Positions 12,016 to 24,603 of a stretch of 64,000 nucleotides of DNA are shown here, piece after piece. Location: NCBI RefSeq assembly GCF_009914755.1, contig NC_060928.1. The stretch is one strand, 5' to 3'. The notes below the pieces were generated by a model. The model saw only the letters and a program-made list of their open reading frames with translations, ran no database searches and was not told the DNA's origin. Each line of letters begins with the position of its first letter. Position 1 is the first letter of the stretch. Source of the DNA: the human T2T-CHM13v2.0 reference genome, Homo sapiens. Both the position numbers and the translations under genes were made by a program.

Positions 12016-13999
12016 TGGAGGAAAGTCTTTGTCTGAAAGAAGTATATTTTACATTCACAGCACAGCTTCTCAAACCTCAGCTATATGCATGGTGATCACA
12101 ATAACTTTGACAGAGAGGACTTAGGGAAGATATTACAGAAGGTCTTGTGAGGAATATCAGAACACACATTGCTAAATGAGGGATATCATCAACATAAGGA
12201 AATGCAGATTGGGCATTGTGGCATGTAGCCGATTTAGCCAGTGACTCTGCAGCCAAGGCTGGTGCAGGTTTGGAATGCTGATCCTTCCAGAGCTGTCTGT
12301 TTTCATTTCTCTTCTAGGCCTCCCTATGGCCTCCAACCATGCTAGCTTGTCCTTCCTTTCCACTTTCACTATCTGACCTCCAAAGGAACAATGTTTTCCT
12401 CCCCTGTTGGGCTCTGCTCTATTTTCTGTGTCCTGACTAAAATTGCCTATTGAACGGTCACATTATAGCATATATTTTGCCACCTTATACATATTTGAAT
12501 TTTTAAAACAAATTTCATGGGACTTGTTTTTTAGTTTCATACTGGGAAATTTTCCAAAACCAATGGAATCAAAATAAAATCTATGTTGGACTAAATTTTT
12601 CTCAGCACCGCCACTTCTAAATGCACACCTCTCTCATTTGCATTGAAATTCCAGCAACTCCAGTCATTTGTTTCTTAGATATTTCCCTAAAACATTATGA
12701 TCTTCTCGGAGAAGATGGACCATTTCTTCTCATCATGTTAGAATATTTTAAACCCGAATGTGAACATGTGGCTCAGCTCTAGTTGCTTTGGTGATGATAT
12801 CTGGTAGACATATATGGTTTATTTCTTTGGAATTCCACATTCAGAGAGAGACAATTTAAGGCAAAATGAAAACAAAAACCCAACACAGAAACAATATGTG
12901 AATTAGGAAAACAGTGCTGATTGTCTTTTCTATTTAAAAGATCTTTCACTGTAGGAAAATATGACTTAGTGAGTACACTTGAAGGTCTGTAGCAGCGCCT
13001 GTTCCATGTTGCTTATTTTAGAGGCAGAGGCCTGGAGTGTGGAGCCCTCTTCATGGACTGAAGTGTCCAGGTTACTTTTTCTATGAGTGTGTAACATTCT
13101 GCCAACCGAGGAAATCCAGTGGTGTAACACATGCTGTAATCAGAGTCTGGCTTTGGGGAAATTGAAAACATGATTTGCAGTTTTTAGTCTGATACCAAGA
13201 GCTCTTCAATTTGAACAGAAACAAAATGAGCTTTATTATTCTGTGGCTGCTCTGACTGAGTAACCTTCTTTTGTCTCCATTTTTTGCTCTCTAATAAATT
13301 ACTTCTGATTAATCTTGCAGATTTTTATGCAAGCAGGATTGGAGCAGAAAAAATAAGTTGTTTGTGTTAAGCAGTGATGGGTTATTCTTATTAATTGATT
13401 AGGCTGCCCTGAGTTGTTTTTGGAATCATAAGAAGGTAAATATTGTGAATTGATTATTACATTGCCATTCAATAAATGTCATGCAGTATTTTTTACTTCA
13501 TAAATTTGTGTAAAAATGTAATGTTTGTTTCATGTATAAGGAAAAAGGTGAAAGGTCTTTCAGAGATTTTGAGAATGAGGGGGAACCATGTGGTTTCCAA
13601 GGATAACAATGCCTTTTTCCACGTCATTCCCTGCAATAGTGCAAAGCATCTCAGGTTGTCAGCAACAATAGTGCAAGATGCCTGGTGCTTCATGCCCCAA
13701 AGCCTACTGCTACTGTCTTTCTAATTAGTCTCTGGTAAGTTATGGAGAGAGCAGATAGATAGGCTCTTGGGTGACAATATGCTTCATCACTCAGGCATAT
13801 AATAATTATGTTCATTAGCATTACCTAGTTTTTAAAATAGTAAGTTATGCACTCTGTATTTGGCCAAACTTGAAATTCTTCTAGAACCATGTAGTCCCTC
13901 CCATAGTCAGAAATGTTTCAACTAATATTTTAATGGATATTGTAAGTAAAACTGTATTAGTGCCTTTTAACGAAGACATATTTGGAGACATTAGATTTG

Positions 14000-14195
14000 G
14001 TCAGATGGTTGGATATTCAAGCCCTTCCTTGTTCTGGAATTCTATGTGACTGTGGGCAATTTAGTGCATCTCTATTACTAACTGTGTAAAATGAGGATAA
14101 CTCTAGCTAACAGAAGGGTGGCTGTGTGGATTAAGTGATGTAAAGGATGTAAACTTCTTGGCCCAGTGTCTGGGATTTAGAAGCAATTAATCAAT
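14000..14195 (+). mobile_element. MIR SINE
   Basis: ctatgtgactgtgggcaatttagtgcatctct...tgtaaaatgaggataa MIR core. Confidence 0.7.
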
Positions 14196-14252
14196 GAATT
14201 CACTCATCAATGTTTACTGGGGACTTAGTATGTACCAGTCATTGTTCTAGAC

Positions 14253-14571
14253 CTGTGCTGTCTAATATGATAAGCCACTAACCACATGCAGCTATTGAGT
14301 ACCTAAAATGTGTCTAGTCCAAATTGAAGTGTGCTATAAGTGTAAAATATATGTGCATTTCAAAGATTTGAAATAAAGGAAGTAAAATATTATGTTAATA
14401 CTTTGCTACTTACTAGATGTTCAAATAATATTTTGGATATATTATGGTAAATTAGTGTTATGAAAATTAATTTCATGTTTCTTTTTTAATGTATTTACTC
14501 AAACATTTAAAATTATATAAGTAGCTCACATTTGTGGTGCACACACATTACATTTTTTGTGGGCAGTGCTG
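14253..14571 (+). mobile_element. MER33 (hAT-Charlie MITE)
   Basis: ctgtgctgtctaat...gggcagtgctg termini; 8-bp Charlie-type target ttctagac / gtctagaa. Confidence 0.8.
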
Positions 14572-14677
14572 GTCTAGAAGCCGAAGTAAAAGCAAACCAG
14601 AAAACATCTTTGCTATTATAGAGCTTGCTTAGATATCAAAAAGGGGGGATACATAATACAACATGAATGAATAAATA

Positions 14678-15332
14678 CAGCCAGTCTTCATCATTTGCAG
14701 ATTCTGTGCTTGCTAATTCATCTACTTGCTAAAGTATACTTGTAATCTCCAAAATTAACAATTATAACACCTTTGTGGTCTTTCACACATCGGCGCAGAA
14801 TGACAAAAAATTTGAGTCACTCTGTGCACACATTCTCAGCTGAAGTTAGTCAAGGCTGTGCTCTCTGCATTCTTGTTTTAACCCTCATAATGTAAAGTGG
14901 GCTTTTTTGTGTGTTCTACTTGGTGCAACATTTTTCACATTTTTGTGCTTTGTGTTGATTTTGCTGTTTACACCGCCCCCCGAGAGTAGTGCTGAAGTGC
15001 TGTCTAGTGTTCCTAAGCACAACAAGGCTGTGATGTGCCTTAAACAGAGAGAATATGTGTGTTAGATAAGCTGCTTTCTGGTATGAGTTATAGTGCTGTT
15101 GGCGAGGAGTTCAATGTTAATGAATCAACAATATGTATTAAATCACATCTTTCAACAGAAACACACACAAAACAAGGTTATACATCGATCAGTTGACAAA
15201 CATATTGTCTCCAGAGACTCATAGGAACCTCACCCTATATTTCTCTTAGGAGCAATGGTTCAGTGTTTGCTAATGCAGTATTCACAGAAACTTTATAGAA
15301 CATAAGTACCATGATGAATAATAATTGATTTT
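14678..15332 (+). mobile_element. MER82 (TcMar-Tigger non-autonomous element)
   Basis: ta|cagccagtcttcatcatttgcagattctgtg...aaaaaatttgagtcac matches the recalled MER82 5' end; ~650 bp; TA flanks. Confidence 0.8.
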
Positions 15333-15402
15333 ATATACTATAATCTCAAGTACTGATAAGTGCTATTAAGTAGAGTACGGGGATAGAAAAAGGGATGGAT
15401 GA

Positions 15403-15740
15403 GGCCGGGCATGGGGGTTCACACCTGTAATCCCAGCACTTTGGGAGGCTGAGGCAGGCTGATCGCTTTCAGCCCAGGAGTTCGAGACCAGCCTGAGCAA
15501 CATGGTGAAACCAAATCTCTACAAAAAACACACACAAAATTATCCAGGCATGGTAGTGTGCACCTGCGGTCCCAGCTACTTGGGATGCTGAGGTGGGAGG
15601 ATCACTTGAGCTCAGGAGGCAGAGGTTTCAGTGAGCCAAGATCACACCTCTGCATTCCAGCCTGGGTGAGAGAGTGAGACCTTGTGTCAAAAAAAAAAAA
15701 AAAAAAAAGAAAAAAAAGAGAAAAAGGAAAGAAAGAGAGA
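15403..15740 (+). mobile_element. AluJ, full length with long A/GA-rich tail
   Basis: ggccgggcatgg start, J-type cagcccaggagttcgag; TSD core gatggatg at 15394-15401 and 15741-15748. Confidence 0.92.
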
Positions 15741-17115
15741 GATGGATGTGATAATTTAGAAAGGACAGTGTGGAAGTCTCACTGAGGTTGCGAAATTTTA
15801 GAAAATGAACTTGGGGTCAGCTGGTGGCTGGATCATTCATGCCAGTAAGCCATCTGATGCCTTTGCTTTGCTCAAGCTATTTCTTCTCCCTATAATGTTC
15901 TTGTCCTCAGAACAATTCCCCCTTCCTTGTTTTTCTTACTGCCTTTTAAAGAAAAATGTCAAAAGCAAAATTAATTGACAGATTATTCTTTAAGATAAAG
16001 GAGTAAAACAATAGAAAATAAGAAAATAAGGGTATGGCAACAACTACTCCAACTTGGTAAACAAAATTGCTGTAAGAATCCAACAAGCATCTTTATGGGA
16101 ATTGGAAATCATTAAATAAAATATACCATATCTTGAGTGATTAGAAGGCTTTGGAAGATGGGATTAGAAGGCTTTGGAGGGTTTTGAGGGGGCGATAAGC
16201 TCATATTTACATTTTAAAACATCATTCAGGCATGAAGAGAATAAGCTTTCGGAGAAAAAAATAAAATCGGAGACAAGTTAGGTGGTAAGAGAATGAAATG
16301 ATGTAAATAAAGCCCTTAGCCCAGTGCCTGGCACATAGTAAGTGCTCAGTGCATGTTAATGATTACTGTTATTCCTAATGATTCTACTTCCTCTCATTTC
16401 CATTCTCAACTTGATTTTCCTTTCCACTGGCCATGTAGTGTAGTCCCAGGGTGCTTGCCAATTCTGTGAGTGCTGTTATCATTAGGTTTATGAGTCTCTA
16501 AAATCTGTTCCTGGTTTCTTTCTACCAAGGAAGTTAGCCTTCAATGCTTTATCCATGATCCTCTCTTATGAATAAATTCTGAATTAAACTTCATTTGACA
16601 TTCAAGATGTGATATATCCTATTTAACGTTTCCAATTCCCATAAAGATTCTTGTTGGATTCTTATGGCAATTTTGTTTACCAAGTTGGAGGTGTTGTTGC
16701 TATACCCTTATTTGTTACTATTTTACTCCTTTATTTTAAATAATAATCCATCAATTAATTTTGCTTTTGATATTTTTCTTTAAAAGACAATAGAAAAAGC
16801 AAGGAAGGGGAAATTGTTCAGAAGACAAACAGTGGACACTGAAAGCGTTCTATATTCTGACTATCTTGGTGTATATCTTTCCATAGACCCACAGGAGATT
16901 CTCTGAGTCCTCGATAGAGGCTTTCTGTCAATTTTTTTTCTTTATCTAGAAAAGATTAATTGACTAAATTAAATTTACCTTGGGATAATTTATCAGACTC
17001 AAGGCTATATTACTTCTGCAGGAGAGCAATGATACTAGTTTCAATGAGAATCCAAAAGTATCTTTTAAAAATTTTCTGTGCATTCTAGTTTTTAGAATGT
17101 TTTAAGCCCTTATGA

Positions 17116-17640
17116 TGCTGTTGAGTCCAAAGCTTATACTCCTTGCTGCAAGAAAGGCAATAGGTTGAGCGACAAGGTGTTGAGGCAAGTAAAGTGACTT
17201 TATTTCAGAGAGCTAGTAAGCCAAGAAGATATAGGACTAATGCCCTAAAGAACCACATTAAGTTAATAGAATTTTAGGCTCCTTTTATGTTAGGGGAGGG
17301 GGGAACAAAGAGGGGGTTAAAGTCAAAAGGTAACTGGTGTCTATGGACATCTGGGCATCAGGAGTGGTGTGAAGAGGTTGCAAAACTTCTTTGTGGTTAA
17401 CTGCTTCTCAGGTCCACCTTGTTTCTATAAATCTTGAACAGAACTGTTAGTTGTGTGCATACTTCCTTATCTCCTCACAGGCCTCTTTCAAAAGAGAAAT
17501 AGTCATTAGTTCTAAAGTTAAAATATCTAAACTCTTTCCGTGATTAGTTTGGCCTACATGTAGGAATAAGCAAAGGCAGTTAGCCTGTGAGGATAGAAGC
17601 AAGATGAAGTCAGTGATGTCAGATTTCTCTCACTGTTACA
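17116..17640 (-). mobile_element. ERV1 (MER4-group, MER31-like) solo LTR
   Basis: Reverse strand starts tgtaacagtgagagaaatctgacatcactgacttcatcttgcttct; 4-bp TSD atga at 17112-17115 and 17641-17644. Confidence 0.7.
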
Positions 17641-17896
17641 ATGAGATGATTTCATATACTGACCTCTTTGTATTCCCTTTATGGTGAAGCATGCCTAGCA
17701 TTCAGAGGAAAGGGGAGGGACACAAAGATGCAGAAAATATGACTTCTGCTCTCAAGAGGCTTTCACATGAGAAGGAAGAGTCAAGACAAATGCTGTATAA
17801 TGCAAGGTGTTGTGGGAAGGTAGACAAAATAATGAAAATGTTCTTTTATATCTGTTATTGGTGCAAGTGTCTATGGAAGAACTCTCATTTGAGTAA

Positions 17897-18427
17897 TGAA
17901 AGAAATAAAAATATTTTACCCTAAAATATATTTTTGACATATTTTGAGATGGTTGTTTAGGGAGCCAGCAAACAGAAGTCATCCTGCAAAGCTGTCTTTT
18001 GCAGGGGAGATTTGCATCTATGCAGAATCTGCACTGATATAGCCAGGCTTTCTCTGAAGATTTCCCTTGTCTGGATCTAGGAAGGAGTAAGAGAGTCTGA
18101 TACCTTTAAAGGTCTAAAATAAATATTTACTGTCTATTCTTTCTGAAGCCTGCTACCTGTGAGATTTCATTTACATTACAAGACCCCCTTGCTACCCAGG
18201 TCTTATCTACCTGTTTTGCTACAATCCATCTCCCACTCTTTCTGTAACCTCAAGATGGTATACGAGCTTCTAAACCTTGTTGTGGGATGGACAATCACTA
18301 TGTGCTTCTCCCCTGTGTGCATATTAATAAATTTGTATGCTCTTTTCCAAATTAATCTGCCTTTTGTCAGTTGATTTTTCAGCTAACCTTCAGAGGACAA
18401 AGGGAAAGATTTTCCTTGGCCCCTACA
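17897..18427 (+). mobile_element. ERV1 solo LTR, MER34A-like
   Basis: tgaaagaaataaaaatattttaccctaaaatata...ttccttggcccctaca; internal aataaa; TSD gtaa / gtag. Confidence 0.8.
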
Positions 18428-18794
18428 GTAGTCATGGCAGATAGGTCCAATTTTGGTACATGAAGTTATGAAAGATAAAAGAGAACATGGGCATTATAGG
18501 GAGAATAAATAGCTTGAGCAAAAGCAAAGGCATCAGGGAATACTGTGAGTCCAGGAAATAACAAATACACCAATAATTAGAGTGAAATATAGACTGCGCC
18601 TAGCCATCATCTTGAAATTTTCTTACTTTCATTTTCATGACTTTTTTTTATTGGAAAGGAGGCGATTAATTGCTTGCTGTCCTAAAAATAAGCAATATGT
18701 ACATTTCATTCTTCAATCTAGATGTCAAAGAATACCAGCTGTCATCTAATTTAAAATATATTTTCTATTTATATATTTCCTTTACCATTGCATA

Positions 18795-20078
18795 AGAGGA
18801 CTTCACAAAGTTCAGGTAAATGTGTATTTTGACAAAATTATGCATAGGTTTCAACTTTTTTTGCACCAAAATAAACTTATACTAACTTGCTATAATATGT
18901 CTGAATAGAATCTAGTTTGAGGCACTATCAAGAATAAGACATAAGTTTGAAAAGAGTCCCATTCAGAGCAACGTGAATTCTGCTAAAATCAAAGCAAGAA
19001 CAAACATAAAATTTATGGTGAAACTTAGGTGGAAGAATGGTGAAATCATTGATGCTTTAAAAAAGTTTAGGGAAACAATGACTCAAAGAAAACAGCAGTT
19101 TACAAATAGATAACTCCTTTTAGGAAGAGATGAGGTGGTATCAAAGATGAAGTCCACAGTGGCAGGCCACCCGCATAATTTGTAAGGATAAGATTAAGCT
19201 TGTTTATGTCCTAATTGAAGAGGACTGATGATTAACAGCGGAAACAAAAGCCAACACCATAGACACCTCAGTTGTTCATCTTACACAATTCTGACTGAAA
19301 AATTAAAGGTGAGAAGACTTTCCACTCAATAGATGCCAAAAGCATTGTGCCCAGGTAAGCTGCAGACAAGAGCAGAGCTTTCAATGGAAATTTTAAACAA
19401 GCGGGCTCAAGATCTTGAAGCATTTTTTCAAATAATTGTAACAGGAGATGAAATATGGCTTTACCAGTACAATCCTGAAGACAAAGCACAATCAAAGCAA
19501 TGGCTACCAAGAAGTGGAAGTGGTCCCATCAAAGCAAAAGGGACCAGCCAAGAGCAAAGGTCATGGCATCAGCTTTTTTGGGATGCTCAAGGCACTTTGC
19601 TTGTTGACTTTCTTGAGGGCTCCCAAATGAAAACACCTGCTCATTATCAGAGTGTTTTGAGAAATCATCCAAAGCTTTAGCAGAAAAATGCCCGGGAAAG
19701 CTATACCAGAGAGTCCTTCTCCACCATGACAATGTCACTGTTTATTCTTCTCATCAAGCAAGAACAATTATGTGAGTTTTGATGGAAATCATTAGGAATT
19801 CACCTTATAGTCTTGAATTGGCTTTTTTTAACTTTTTCCTGCCCTAATCTTAAAAAGTATTTAAGAGGCACACATTTTTCTTCCTTTAATAATATAAAAA
19901 AGCCTGCATCAACATGGTTAAAGTCCCAGGACCCTCAGCTCTATAGGGATGGACTAAAAGGCTGGTATCACTCTTACAAAAGTGTCATAAACTTAATGGA
20001 GCTTATGTTGAGAAATAAAATTATAATTATATTTTTATTTTTTAATTCTACCTTTCCTCCCTCTTTTTGAAATCCTCT
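18795..20078 (+). mobile_element. HSMAR2 mariner DNA transposon, full length
   Basis: TA flanks, degenerate TIRs agaggacttcacaaag / ctttttgaaatcctct, ~1.28 kb. Confidence 0.92.
18973..20030 (+). pseudogene. HSMAR2 mariner transposase, inactivated
   Basis: IVTGDEIWLY (ORF 19333-19680), LHHDN (~19718), YSLELA for YSPDLA (~19806); ATG mutated to GTG, several frameshifts and stops. Confidence 0.88.
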
Positions 20079-20319
20079 TATATTTTGCTTGTTGGAGATA
20101 ATTTTTTTCTTCAGTATTTCATATTTGTGCTTTGAAAATAATATTTATGGTATATTTTTAGTGAGTAGAAAGTAGGAGTGATTACTATTAAAACAAAGTT
20201 GCAGAAATGGCTGCTAAGGTGAAAAACACTAGGAAATTTATTGATTAATGATCTACTTTTTTCTTCAATTTTCTACTTGGCTCATTTATTTGAGACACAT
20301 TCTCATTAATAACATTGGG

Positions 20320-20460
20320 ACATGAAAATCAGGTCAAGCTGGATTAAATTCTACCTCTACCATTCACTAGATTTATAACCTTCGGCACATATCTCAACCT
20401 CTCTGAGCCTCAATTTTTTTTATGTGTAAATGAGGATGTCAAATATAGGGATTGTGACAA
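20320..20460 (+). mobile_element. MIR SINE fragment
   Basis: ataaccttcggcacatatctcaacctctctgagcctcaattt...gtaaatgaggat. Confidence 0.7.
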
Positions 20461-21189
20461 AAGTAGAACATTCTAAATGTTTCTCCTCAGCTGTACAGCA
20501 AACGCAAGCTTGAAACCATCCAGTGGCCTCCTTTTTGAACAGTTGTCTAAATGCTTTATTGCCCCACTGTAAAAAGAGATGCTTTATGCTTTAGGGAGAC
20601 TGGTACAGATGCCCCTAGATATTAAAATAAGACAGGAGAGTCTGGCTTCCTAGGGAGTTCTGAAGTGCTCCAGGTGGCACAGTTCTTGATCTCCCTGACT
20701 TTCTATCAATTACATTCTCTCAGACTCCTGCTTTCTTCTTAATGCTGAATGACATCCCTCCAAAAATGAGAAGGGTAACATTATCTTACATCTTAGTCTT
20801 CTCTGACTTTTAAAAAAATATGGCTTTCCCATCTCAGATTTCTCACTATTGGAGCAGGCAATACCAGCTGCTTCCCTTTCTATGATGTTGTCTATTGTTC
20901 TACCTTGGATAACTTCTCTGCTTACAACAAACAGGAAGCAGATGTGGTAGCAATAGATCCAGTTCATTATCTGGATAAAAATTTGACTTGGCAGCAGTTC
21001 ACTTTGGAGTTGCCAAGTCAAATGCAACAAAGTGTATGTAATTTGATTAAATAAAATATGGAGTTTCCTTCTGCTGACCACTCCCTCATTCCCTTACCTT
21101 GTTTAGGAGTAGCTGGGGCTCCAGGCAACCCTGTGAGGGAAGTTTCTGATGATTAGTGCAGCCCAGCAGAAGTGTCATCATTTGAATCC

Positions 21190-21630
21190 GAACCTTTGGA
21201 GTCATTCTTGATTCCTCCATCTTTTTTTTTTCCTAAATATAATCCATCACAAAGTCCAGTCAGTCTATCTCCAAAATCATCTGCCCATTCCTCAAGCACA
21301 GCCCTAGTCCAGCCATAATCATCTCTCACCTGGATACTGAAATCACCCCTGCAGTCTCCCTGTGTCTTCTTAACTACGTTTTTTTAATCTCTAGCTCATT
21401 GACCACACCACATTGACAGTGTTCTTTTAAGAATTTGAGCCTTTTCATGTCCTTCTCCTGCTAAAAGCCCTTTAATGGCTTCTATTACATTTAGAATTAA
21501 GTCCAAATTTCTTACCATAACCTGCAAGGTCTTGTATTACTACTTCCATCTCCCCAGCTTCCTCTCCTCTCACCCTCCCCATATCTGTCTCTGTTCCAGC
21601 CATTCATGCAGTGTCTCCTTCATTTCCTTT
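21190..21630 (+). mobile_element. L2 LINE fragment
   Basis: ggagtcattcttgattcctcc...cctagtccagccataatcatctctcacctgga...cctttaatggcttctattac. Confidence 0.75.
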
Positions 21631-21637
21631 AGCCAGC

Positions 21638-22001
21638 TGTATTAGTCTGTTCTTACATTGCTAATAAGACATACCAGAGGCTGGGTAATTTATAAAGAAA
21701 AAGAAGTTTAATGGACTCATAGTTCCACATAGCTGGGGAAGCCTCACAATCATGGTGGAATGTGAAGGAGGAGCAAATGCACATCTTACATGGCAGCAGG
21801 CAAGAGAGCGTGTGCAGGGGAACTGCCCTTTATAAAACCATCAGCTCTCATAAGACTTATTCACTATCACAAGAACAGCAGAGGAAAAACCTGCCCCTAT
21901 GATTCAATTACCTTCCACTGGGTCCCTCCCATGTCATGTGAGGATTATGGGAACTACAATTCAAGATGAGATTTAGGTGGGAACATAGCCAAATCATATC
22001 A
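21638..22001 (-). mobile_element. THE1 (THE1C/D-like) MaLR solo LTR
   Basis: tgtattagtctgttctt...agccaaatcatatca, 364 bp; perfect 5-bp TSD ccagc (21633-21637, 22002-22006). Confidence 0.92.
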
Positions 22002-22082
22002 CCAGCCAAGCTTTTCCTTTCCCCAGAGCCCTGGACTGGAAGACTCCCTCTGTCCTTTCATATCGATGGCCTGCTTGCTCGC

Positions 22083-22095
22083 CTTTCTTTCTTTC

Positions 22096-22170
<75 letters not shown>

Positions 22171-22480
22171 CTCTTTCTCTCTCTCTCTCTCTTTCTTCTT
22201 TCTTTTTTTCTTTCTTTCTCTTTCTTTCTTTCTTTCTTTCTTTCTTCCTTCCTTCCTTCCTTCCTTCCTTCCTTCCTTCCTCTCCTTCCTTCCTTCTTTC
22301 AAAAATTTTTTTTGGCTGTGGTTCTAAGTTCGAAATACATAAGCTCCTTTCTTTTTTCCTTTCCTTTCCTTTTCCTCCTTCCCCTTCCTTTCCTTTTTCC
22401 TTTTCCCTTCCCTTCTCTTCCTTTCCCATCCCTTCCCTTTCTCTCCATTTCCTTTCCCTCCCTCCACCTCTTTACCTTCC
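22083..22480 (+). repeat. Compound polypyrimidine microsatellite (TTTC)n/(TC)n/(TTCC)n/(CCCTT)n
   Basis: Read directly; interrupted by ~45 bp of mixed sequence at ~22301-22345. Confidence 0.95.
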
Positions 22481-23875
22481 AAAATAGCTGGTCTCCACCT
22501 ATTGGGTTAATTTCTTGATCTACTGATGGGTATTGCCTTGCAGTTACAAAAACAAAAATAAAAGCATACCTCCAAAATAACTTTGTACTTGAACATGCTG
22601 GAGTGTACCAGAGTCTCCCCCACAATATAGTTGATAATGGTTCTGTACTTAAAGTAAACTTTGAATAAGCACATCAGCTAAGACTTAGAATTTTCTGCCA
22701 ATAATTTTAAGAACACTGATGCAGGGAATCAATAACCCAGCACTGAATGGTGTGAGACAAGAGAAATGTAGGCCACACACTGAGGATCAATAGAAATCAA
22801 TAAACATAAAAAGAAGAAAAAAATGTTTTGCACCAGAAAAATTGGCTAAGAGTGTAAATGTGCTCCTTAGTCTAGAGTTAATATCAGAAGCACATTTTAT
22901 TCTATTATTTGTTGTTTATTAAATCAACATTTTTGAAAGCTCTGGACCATGGGTGGAAATAAGACATTCCCTGCCTTTAAGAAGCTTCTAGTAAAGCATA
23001 TTATTTGTGGTTTAGTACATAGTAATAATATAGAATATTTAATAAATTCACTGGAAAGGAAAACACTATATAGTTCACATTCCACATTATGGTTTTAGTT
23101 GTTTTCAATTAATCATTTTTGTCAGCTGGGTTAAGTCCAGAGTCAGGAACACTGCTCTAGGTATTGTTCATGGATATTTAGACTACGTGGACACCAAATC
23201 ACTACTGTATTCAAGATCCTGTTAGATAAGAGTGAAGAGATAGAGCAAGTTAAACCTTTAAAATGAAGCTGATTTTAAGTTTATTTCTTTTTGGGAATAT
23301 TATATATTATGCTTGTACATATTAAGTATACCATTTTAAAAGATGACAGTTTTCCTATGTGATTTTTACACAATTGTTGAATTTCACAGTATTCTTATAC
23401 TGCTCAATTTAGAAATCCATTAGCTATTACCTTTAATTGGTTTTTAATTTGATCAGTGCCTGCTTACCCCCAAATAATTATAAACTCTTTAAAGATAGGA
23501 TTTTATTCTCATTTTTAACATGTTTTCCATATTTCTTATATGAGTATAAAATATAGAACAAGTATTAAATGAAATTATGCTCATTAAATGAAAACAGGTG
23601 GAAAATTGTTCTCCTTCCTGAAAACAGGAGCCAGAGCCATGGCTTCATGAAGATAAGGTTAAGGTTAAGGTTAACCTTATATTAACCTATAGTATGAAAT
23701 TTCTTTTACAAATACAGAGGTGGAAGGAAATGAGAGGAAAATAATGATTCTACTTGTGTTAAATGATTTCTTTGTTTCCTAAATAATTGGCACCTTGGTG
23801 CTAGTCCCAGAATTTACCCACAATTCACTATGACTAATATAGGCCCTGAAGTAACAGAGAATGTATGAAGACTAT

Positions 23876-24603
<728 letters not shown>

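Larger units (their letters stand above)
14200..15800 (-). mobile_element. L2 fragment interrupted by MER33, MER82 and AluJ
   Basis: cactcatcaatgtttactgggga..tatgtaccagtcattgttctag start; L2-like pieces resume at ~14580, ~15340 and ~15750. Confidence 0.55.

Noticed and set aside
21966-22625. Five overlapping ORFs of 102-173 aa
   Set aside because: Artefacts of stop-free TTTC/TTCC simple repeats (poly F/L/S or K/E/R).
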